DNA of 64,000 bases. It comes from an uncultured Solirubrobacterales bacterium (lineage in GTDB: Bacteria; Actinomycetota; Thermoleophilia; Solirubrobacterales; 70-9). Shown piece after piece: positions 57,962 to 64,000 of this stretch (its first letter is position 1; every line of letters starts with the position of its first letter). The stretch is taken from assembly GCA_963702705.1 (NCBI GenBank), contig CAVPDR010000001.1, positions 100,821-164,820 of the forward strand. Direction: 5' to 3'. The notes under the pieces were generated by a model, which was given only the letters and a program-made list of their open reading frames with translations, searched no databases and was not told the origin of the DNA. A program made the translations under genes and the position numbers.

Positions 57962-58707
57962 TCGTCGACGCGAACATCCTGCAGCCGCTGATCGACATCG
58001 TCAACTCGGTCCTCAAGTTCTTCCACGACAACGCCGGGCTGAGTTGGGGAATGTCGATCATCGCCCTGACGATCCTCACCCGGGCGCTCCTGATCCCGCT
58101 CACCTACCGCCAGCTGAAGGGGATGCGGGCGCTGCAGGCACTGCAGCCGCAGATCAAAGAGATCCAGGCGAAGTACAAAAACGACAAACAGCGCATGCAG
58201 CAGGAGATGATGCGCTTCTATCAAGAGAACAAAGTCAACCCCTTTGCCTCCTGCATCCCGCTGCTGGCCCAGCTCCCGGTCTTCTTCACCCTCTTTTCCG
58301 TTCTCCGGCACGACCTTCCCGCGGACATAGGCTGCACGGCCGGCCACTGCGGGTCCGAAGCGTCCTTCCTCTTCATCAACGACCTGACGGCGAAGGCGCA
58401 CGGGGCCGAACTGATCGCGCTGCTCGTCCTCTACATCGGCACCCAGCTGGTCTCGGGCATGGTGATGTCGGTCACCGCCGACAAAAGCCAGCGGACGATG
58501 ATGATGTTGCTGCCCTTCATCTTCGTCCCCTTCGTGATCAACTTCCCGGCCGGCCTGATCCTCTACTGGATCACGACCAACTTCTGGACGATGGGGCAGC
58601 AGTACACGATCCAGAAGCTGATTCCGGCTCCGCAGGTGGCTACGGCGGCCGCGGTTCAGGCAGCAAAGCCGCCGCCGCCTCCGCCTAAAAAGAAGAAGCG
58701 ACGGTAG
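57958..58707 (+). CDS. yidC: membrane protein insertase YidC (short form)
   Basis: IIALTILTRALLIPLTYRQLKGMRALQALQPQIKEIQAKYKNDKQRMQQEMMRFYQENKVNPFASCIPLLAQLPVFF. Confidence 0.9.
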   Translation: MIVDANILQPLIDIVNSVLKFFHDNAGLSWGMSIIALTILTRALLIPLTYRQLKGMRALQALQPQIKEIQAKYKNDKQRMQQEMMRFYQENKVNPFASCIPLLAQLPVFFTLFSVLRHDLPADIGCTAGHCGSEASFLFINDLTAKAHGAELIALLVLYIGTQLVSGMVMSVTADKSQRTMMMLLPFIFVPFVINFPAGLILYWITTNFWTMGQQYTIQKLIPAPQVATAAAVQAAKPPPPPPKKKKRR

Positions 58708-58710
58708 GTA

Positions 58711-58848
58711 GGGGATTGGCGGGGGTGGCCTCGCCGAGTGCCCAAGCACCGCCAAAAGGCGGTGCTAACCAAGAGCCCCTTCGGGGCCTTGAACCACTCT
58801 GCGGAGCCGCTTCGCGAGGCATCGGCGAGGCCACCCCCGCCAATCCCC
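58711..58848 (+). repeat. family-1 nested-hairpin repeat, copy R3
   Basis: Perfect 27-nt arms GGGGATTGGCGGGGGTGGCCTCGCCGA / TCGGCGAGGCCACCCCCGCCAATCCCC. Core has AGCACCGCC-AAAA-GGCGGTGCT, GCCCCTTCGGGGC and CTCTGCGGAGCCGCTTCGCGAGG. It starts 4 nt after the yidC stop. Confidence 0.9.
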
Positions 58849-59040
58849 GTGAAGCACCAGCTTGTTCGCCCACCTCGAGCGAAAGCGCGATTCGTGGTGA
58901 GAGCTTCGCGACGAAGGCCCCTCATTAGCTCTCCGAATCAGCGGCTGTCAATGCGGGAGCTTTCTCGCGGGGGGTGGCATCGAATGGGGGGACCGCCCTG
59001 AGGACGCTTTAGCGACCGGAAGGGTGGTGGGCCCCATTCG

Positions 59041-59571
59041 GTGACAGGACCCGCCGCGCCTACACTCCGGCGCATAGACTGCACCACCGTGACTGGAGCT
59101 GACGACTGGCCACAGGAGCCCGCGGAGCGCGTTCGCGAGATCGTCGAGGGCGTTCTCGATGAGCTCGACCTCGATGGCGAGGTTGAGATTCGAGAGGAGG
59201 ACGACCGAATCACCGCTTCCGTCAGCGGCGACGACGATTACGGCCTGTTGATCGGCAAGCGAGGGCAGACGATCGACGCCCTGCAGCTGCTCGCCTACCA
59301 GGCGGCCTTCCGCGGGATGCGCGAGCGCAAGCGGGTTGTCGTCGACGCGGCCGGCTATCGCGAGCGGCGCCGGGAGACCCTGACCGCCCGTGCCGATCGC
59401 GCCGCCGAACAGGCGCTCGGCGGCAGTGAGAGCGTCGAGCTCGACCCGATGAGCGCCCAGGAGCGCCGTGTCGTCCACGAGCATCTCAAGGACCGGGCCG
59501 GCGTCGAGACGTACAGCGAAGGTGACGAGCCGCACCGCTGCGTGGTCGTCGCTCCTTTGGTTGCGGAGTAG
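59041..59571 (+). CDS. jag: Jag/R3H-KH RNA-binding protein
   Basis: KH-like LLIGKRGQTIDALQLL and R3H-like MSAQERRVVHEHLKD. It occupies the conserved position after yidC. The start is uncertain. Confidence 0.8.
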   Translation: MTGPAAPTLRRIDCTTVTGADDWPQEPAERVREIVEGVLDELDLDGEVEIREEDDRITASVSGDDDYGLLIGKRGQTIDALQLLAYQAAFRGMRERKRVVVDAAGYRERRRETLTARADRAAEQALGGSESVELDPMSAQERRVVHEHLKDRAGVETYSEGDEPHRCVVVAPLVAE

Positions 59572-59685
59572 AGGGAGCGCCCCGGTGGGGGTTCCGCTTA
59601 ACTTTTTCGAGTCGCGCCTAGGGGGCTGACCATGGCTGGCGGCGAAAAAGTACAAGACGCTCCACCCCCACCGGGGCGCTCCCTC
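59571..59685 (+). repeat. family-2 nested-hairpin repeat, copy B
   Basis: Perfect 22-nt arms GAGGGAGCGCCCCGGTGGGGGT / ACCCCCACCGGGGCGCTCCCTC. They enclose TTCCGCTTAACTTTTTCG ... CGAAAAAGTACAAGACGCTCCAC. It begins at the last base of the jag stop and contains the ORF-track rsmG ATG. Confidence 0.85.
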
Positions 59686-60342
59686 AGTGAAGCGCAGAGG
59701 GCGACGATCACGCTTGTTCTAGAGCTTTTGGAGGTGGAGCGGGCCTCGGTCAGCTCCGTTACCGATCCAGGCCGCGCTTGGCGGGTTCACGTGGCGGACA
59801 GCCTGACCGGTCTCGAATTCGAGCAGCTGGCAGCGGCGCAGAGGATCGCCGATGTTGGCTCTGGAGCAGGGTTTCCGGGCCTCGTTCTGGCTGTCGCCCT
59901 GCCCAATGCCCAGGTTGACCTAATCGAGTCGGTGGGCCGGAAGTGTGAATTCATCCAGCGCGTGATCGATGAGGCTGAGATCAAGAATGCTCGCGTCCTC
60001 AACGCCCGCTCAGAGGAACTGGCCGAAGGCGAAGGCCGGGAGGCCTACGCGGCCGTGACCGCCCGCGCCGTGGGCCGCCTCTCAACCCTCGCCGAGCTGG
60101 CCTCGCCGCTCCTCACAGAAGGCGGAGTCCTGGTCGCCTGGAAGGGCAAGCGCGACCCCGAAGAGGAGGCCCAGCTCGTCAACGCCGCCCCGGAGCTGGC
60201 GATGCAGCCTGAGCAGGTTCTCCATGTCGGCCCCTTCGCCGGCAGCGAACATCGTCACTTGCATTTGATCCGCAAGAGTGGCCGCACGCCCACCAAGCTG
60301 CCGCGCCGCCCGGGCATGGCCAAGAAGCGCCCCTACGGCTGA
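59632..60342 (+). CDS. rsmG: 16S rRNA (guanine527-N7)-methyltransferase
   Basis: IADVGSGAGFPGLVLAV ... DLIESVGRKCEFI ... VTARAVGRL ... GGVLVAWKG. The first ~18 codons lie inside repeat copy B. Confidence 0.85.
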   Translation: MAGGEKVQDAPPPPGRSLSEAQRATITLVLELLEVERASVSSVTDPGRAWRVHVADSLTGLEFEQLAAAQRIADVGSGAGFPGLVLAVALPNAQVDLIESVGRKCEFIQRVIDEAEIKNARVLNARSEELAEGEGREAYAAVTARAVGRLSTLAELASPLLTEGGVLVAWKGKRDPEEEAQLVNAAPELAMQPEQVLHVGPFAGSEHRHLHLIRKSGRTPTKLPRRPGMAKKRPYG

Positions 60343-60406
60343 CCCCGAAAGCTGGCGCGGCGTAGTGACTGAGGGCCTCCGGCCCTACGCCAATAGTCTG
60401 CAACCA

Positions 60407-61165
60407 ATGGGCGTCGTCTACGCGATCTCGAACCAGAAGGGCGGCGTCGGCAAGACGACCACCGCGGTCAACGTCGCCGCCTGTGTCGCCGCCTCCGGCA
60501 CCCAGACCCTGCTGGTCGACCTCGACCCCCAGTGCAACGCGACGGTCGCCCTCGGCAGCGAGCGCGACATGCACCCCTCCTCCTACGACTGCCTGACCGG
60601 CGACGTTTCGGTCGCCGAGGCTGCCCGTCCCGCCGGTCCGGACAATCTATGGCTGGTCCCCGCCAACCGCGACCTCGCCGGCGCCGCGGTCGAGCTGCCG
60701 CGGATCGAGGGCTCGGAGACGCGCCTGCGCGAGCGCCTCGGCCCGGTCCGCGAGCGCTTCGCCTACACGCTGCTCGACTGCCCACCCTCGCTCGGCCCGG
60801 TCAGCGTCAATGCCCTCACGGCCGCGGACCGGGTGATCGTGCCGGTTCAGGCGGAGTACCTGGCGCTCGAGGGCCTGGTCCAGTTCCTCGACACGCTGGC
60901 GACGATCCGACGCGAGCTCAACCCGGCGCTCGAGGTGTCGGGGCTGCTGGTCACGATGCACGATGAGCGCACCCGCTTGGCCCAGGATGTCGAGCGCGAA
61001 CTGCGCCAACACTTTCCCGAGATGGTCTTCAAAACGGTGATCCCCCGTAGCGTCCGCGTCGCCGAGGCGCCGAGCTATGGTCTGCCGGTGACCGAGCACT
61101 CGCCCAGCTCGCGCGGCGCCGAGGCTTACCGCGCGCTCGCCGAGGAGCTGACCGAGCGTGGCTAA
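60407..61165 (+). CDS. parA: chromosome partitioning ATPase ParA/Soj
   Basis: MGVVYAISNQKGGVGKTTTAVNVAA ... LLVDLDPQCNAT ... YTLLDCPPSLG. Confidence 0.9.
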   Translation: MGVVYAISNQKGGVGKTTTAVNVAACVAASGTQTLLVDLDPQCNATVALGSERDMHPSSYDCLTGDVSVAEAARPAGPDNLWLVPANRDLAGAAVELPRIEGSETRLRERLGPVRERFAYTLLDCPPSLGPVSVNALTAADRVIVPVQAEYLALEGLVQFLDTLATIRRELNPALEVSGLLVTMHDERTRLAQDVERELRQHFPEMVFKTVIPRSVRVAEAPSYGLPVTEHSPSSRGAEAYRALAEELTERG

Positions 61166-62024
61166 GGCGGCCAGGCGCGGCCTCGGCAGCGGCCTCGCGG
61201 CGATCCTCCCCGAGGCGACCGTGGCGGAGGCGGGCGAGCTGCGCGAACTGCCGATCGAGCTGGTCAAGCCGAATCCAAATCAGCCGCGGACCAAGATCGA
61301 CCCCGAGGCGCTGGCCGGGCTCGCCACCTCGATCGAAGCCAACGGTGTCGTGCAGCCGCTGCTCGTCCGCCCCCTCCCGGACGGCAGCTACGAGCTGATC
61401 GCAGGCGAAAGGCGCTGGCGCGCCGCTCAGGCTGCCGGCCTGGCGAGGGTCCCGGCGGTAATCCGCGACCAGGAGCTCGCCGAGCGACTGCAGGTGGCGC
61501 TGATCGAGAACATGGTCCGCGAGGACCTAAACCCCATCGACGAGGCCCGCGCATGCGCCGCCCTGGTCGACGAGCTCGGTCTCTCCAAGGAGGAGCTGGC
61601 CCGCCGCGTCGGCCGCAGCAGGCCGGCGGTCTCCAACTTGATCCGCCTGCTCGACCTGCCCGACGAGGCGATCGAGCTGCTCGAGTCCGGCGAGCTCAGC
61701 GAGGGCCACGGCAAGGCCCTGCTCGGCGCCGAGGGCAACGACGTGCGCCGCCACCTCGCCCGCGACGCAGCGGCGGCCGGATGGTCGGTCCGCGAGACCG
61801 AGCATCGCGCTAAGCTGGCTGGCCAGCCAAGGAGCAGGCCCCAGCGGGCCTCTCTTTCTCCAGAGGAGACCGAGGCGTTGCGCGAGACCGCAGACAAGCT
61901 GGAGTCGGCGCTCGGCCACGAGGTGAAGCTCCGGCCAAAAAAGGGAGCGCTTTCGCTCGAAGTCCGCCTCGAGCACCTGGACGAGGCGCGTGCCCTGGCC
62001 CGCAGACTCAGCCGCCGCAGCTGA
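61158..62024 (+). CDS. parB: chromosome partitioning protein ParB/Spo0J
   Basis: LVKPNPNQPRTKID ... GVVQPLLVRP ... YELIAGERRWRAA ... ENMVREDLNPIDEA ... SRPAVSNLIRLL. Confidence 0.9.
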   Translation: MAKAARRGLGSGLAAILPEATVAEAGELRELPIELVKPNPNQPRTKIDPEALAGLATSIEANGVVQPLLVRPLPDGSYELIAGERRWRAAQAAGLARVPAVIRDQELAERLQVALIENMVREDLNPIDEARACAALVDELGLSKEELARRVGRSRPAVSNLIRLLDLPDEAIELLESGELSEGHGKALLGAEGNDVRRHLARDAAAAGWSVRETEHRAKLAGQPRSRPQRASLSPEETEALRETADKLESALGHEVKLRPKKGALSLEVRLEHLDEARALARRLSRRS

Positions 62025-62026
62025 AC

Positions 62027-62347
62027 TCACGCAGCTTTGCGAGCTGTTCCATAGCGCCGCCGACCCGCGCGCGGGTCGGCCTCCTCGGCGCGGCGAGCCA
62101 ACTCCCGGATGGTTGGCTCGAGGCGCTGCCATTCGTGTCTGCGGCCAAGCTGGAAGATGAGTATGGCCTGTGCTCCAAAGAGGACGACGCCGGCCACGAC
62201 GATCTTCAGCGTCATGGCGCTGTTTGAGCTGAGGAACCAGAGGACGGCGATGCCATCGGCGACTACGGCGTGCCAGCTGCGCAGAAGCCGCGACGCGTCA
62301 GGAGGACGATGAGGCACGGCCTCCCCGTCCTCGTTTCCGCTTGGCAT
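62027..62347 (-). CDS. small hypothetical membrane protein
   Basis: One clear TM segment, MTLKIVVAGVVLFGAQAILIFQLG. The start is uncertain (possibly that internal Met). Composition is less GC-rich. Confidence 0.35.
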   Translation of the reverse strand: MPSGNEDGEAVPHRPPDASRLLRSWHAVVADGIAVLWFLSSNSAMTLKIVVAGVVLFGAQAILIFQLGRRHEWQRLEPTIRELARRAEEADPRAGRRRYGTARKAA

Positions 62348-62585
62348 CCAGCGAGCTGATCCCCGCCCTTTCTTCGTCCCGCGCTTCCCGCGCCCTCAGC
62401 AGATCGACTATGCGCGGATCGGCCTTCAGGCTCGAGATGTACGACCGCACGGCAGCGCGAAGCTCGTCTGGCAGGGCACGGTGTTCGAAGAAGGCGGCAG
62501 CCTCCAGCACTTCAAACTCCGAATCATCAATGCGAATGTTGACTTGGCGCTGGGCCAACGGTTGAAGCCCTTTCCGTCCGACCAC
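62298..62585 (-). CDS. small hypothetical protein, possible ribbon-helix-helix fold
   Basis: QVNIRIDDSEFEVLEAAAFFEHRALPDELRAAV has a strand-helix-helix pattern like RHH antitoxins. Basic C-terminal tail. Confidence 0.35.
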   Translation of the reverse strand: MVGRKGLQPLAQRQVNIRIDDSEFEVLEAAAFFEHRALPDELRAAVRSYISSLKADPRIVDLLRAREARDEERAGISSLDAKRKRGRGGRASSSS

Positions 62586-62698
62586 ACTGCTACGCCGCTT
62601 CAGTGTAGCGCCGAAGAAAAAAGTTGGCTGAGCGGTAAAGGCAGGCCAGACGCGGCCCGTTGCCTAGCCAGGACGGCCGCTATCCTTCGCTTGGCTGC

Positions 62699-62772
<74 letters not shown>

Positions 62773-62784
62773 TTCGTGCAACAG

Positions 62785-63270
62785 ATGCAGATCTACGGCG
62801 TCAGCTTTGACATGGTCGGCAAGCAGCCGATTGTCTTGCTGAAGACCGTCGACAGCAACAAGTTCCTGCCGATCTGGATCGGGCACCCGGAGGCAGCCGC
62901 GATCCTGATGAAGCTGCAGGGCGCCTCGACGCCGCGGCCGATGACACACGACCTGCTCTCCGACCTGCTGGAGCAGCTCGACGCAAAATGCGAGCGGGTC
63001 TCGGTGACGGAGCTGCGTGACAACACCTTCTACGCCTCGATCACGGTCTCGATCAACGGCACCGAGATGGAGATCGACTCACGACCCTCCGATGCCCTCG
63101 CCCTTGCAGTCCGCGTTTCGGCGCCGATCTTCGCCGACGAGAACGTGATCGAGGAGTCGGCGATCGAGTTCGAGCACGACGTCGAGGACACCGAGGAGGT
63201 CGTCGACAAATTCAAAGAGTTCCTCGACGAGGTCACCCCCGACGACTTCGCCCAGGGTGAGGATTCCTAG
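62785..63270 (+). CDS. bifunctional nuclease family protein (DUF151/BFN)
   Basis: PIVLLKTVDSNKFLPIWIGHPEAAAI ... TPRPMTHDLL ... FYASITV ... DSRPSDALALAVR. Confidence 0.8.
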   Translation: MQIYGVSFDMVGKQPIVLLKTVDSNKFLPIWIGHPEAAAILMKLQGASTPRPMTHDLLSDLLEQLDAKCERVSVTELRDNTFYASITVSINGTEMEIDSRPSDALALAVRVSAPIFADENVIEESAIEFEHDVEDTEEVVDKFKEFLDEVTPDDFAQGEDS

Positions 63271-64000
63271 GCGTTAGCGGGCGCCAGCGCCAGGTCGAGG
63301 ATCCGCTCGACCAGCTGCTCGAATGACATCCCGGCTGCCTCGGCTGCCTGCGGGAAAAGGCTGGTGTCGGTGAGGCCGGGGATCGCGTTGACCTCGAGCA
63401 CCTGAGGCCCTTCGCCTCCCAGGATCAGGTCGACACGTGAGAAGCCGGCGCAGCCCAACGCCTCGTACGCCGCCAGCGCGGTCTCGGTGACGACCGAGGC
63501 TTCCTCGGTCGTGAGGTCGGCAGGGCAGACGAACGAGGTCCTGCCGATCTCATAGCGAGCTTCGAAGTCGTAGCTGTCCCCCGAGTTGGGGATCGCCTCG
63601 ACGATCGGCAACGGCTCCCCGCCGAGCACGCTTACCGCCAGCTCGCGGCCGTCGACGAAGCGCTCGAGCAAGACCCGGTCGTCATAGCTGAAGGCCGAGA
63701 TCAACGCCTCGGGCACGTCGAACCAGTTCTCGGCGAACTTGACTCCGAGCGCCGAGCCTCCCCGGCTCGGCTTGACTACGACCGGGAAGCCAAGCCGCTC
63801 CTCAAGGCCGCCGAGCGCCTCGGCCGCGCCGAGCTCGCGGAAGGCAGTCTCGTTGAAGGCAAACCAGTCCGGTGTCGGAATTCCGGCCGAGCGAAGCTCG
63901 TGCTTGGCCATCACCTTGTCGATACAGCGGCCGCAGGCCGCGACGCCCGGACCGGTGAACGGTACCCCGAGGATTTCGAGCAGCTCCTGTGTGGTCCCAT
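63267..64000 (-). CDS. ddl: second D-alanine--D-alanine ligase paralog (N-terminus beyond the right edge)
   Basis: The frame is open to the window edge (..ELLEILGVPFTGPGVAACGRCIDKVMAKHELRSAGIP..). FPVVVKPSRGGSALGV ... EVNAIPGLTDTSLFPQAA. Confidence 0.85.
   Translation of the reverse strand, partial: GTTQELLEILGVPFTGPGVAACGRCIDKVMAKHELRSAGIPTPDWFAFNETAFRELGAAEALGGLEERLGFPVVVKPSRGGSALGVKFAENWFDVPEALISAFSYDDRVLLERFVDGRELAVSVLGGEPLPIVEAIPNSGDSYDFEARYEIGRTSFVCPADLTTEEASVVTETALAAYEALGCAGFSRVDLILGGEGPQVLEVNAIPGLTDTSLFPQAAEAAGMSFEQLVERILDLALAPANA

Overview
This is a GC-rich, Actinomycetota-like chromosomal origin region. It contains dnaA-dnaN-recF-DUF721-gyrB-gyrA on the minus strand, rpmH-rnpA-yidD-yidC-jag-rsmG-parA-parB on the plus strand, and the fhaA-fhaB-pstP-rodA-pbpA-pknB cell-wall and division operon, here extended by ddl.

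Other content:
- A tandem array of eight TetR-family paralog genes (nine TetR units; one gene is a fused double TetR).
- A cell-surface polysaccharide locus: FemAB-like, GNAT, priming sugar transferase, three glycosyltransferases, flippase, Wzy/O-antigen-ligase-like protein and CapD-like dehydratase.
- metF, purM, pheA, uppP, a DedA protein, a sugar-porter MFS transporter, tRNA-Ile(GAT) and a second, partial ddl.

Accessory-looking, visibly less GC-rich insertions:
- (a) A single large gene of about 990 codons combining an Mrr-like nuclease, a NACHT NTPase and pentapeptide-like repeats. It is a STAND-type defence candidate.
- (b) A translationally coupled pair: a DUF4916/Nudix-like gene plus an unknown 332-aa protein.
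- (c) An autoinhibited Fic gene preceded by two copies of a 40-bp repeat made of TTGGAGTT and AACTCCAA words.

Two families of about 115-140 bp nested-hairpin repeats were found by eye. Each has a conserved core closed by long arms that differ between copies but stay self-complementary. They sit right after stop codons or in frame inside coding sequences.

gyrA carries a full-size LAGLIDADG intein at the active-site Tyr and four single-nucleotide frame breaks. recF has one frame break.

All calls come from reading the sequence and the ORF track. No database search or numerical computation was run.
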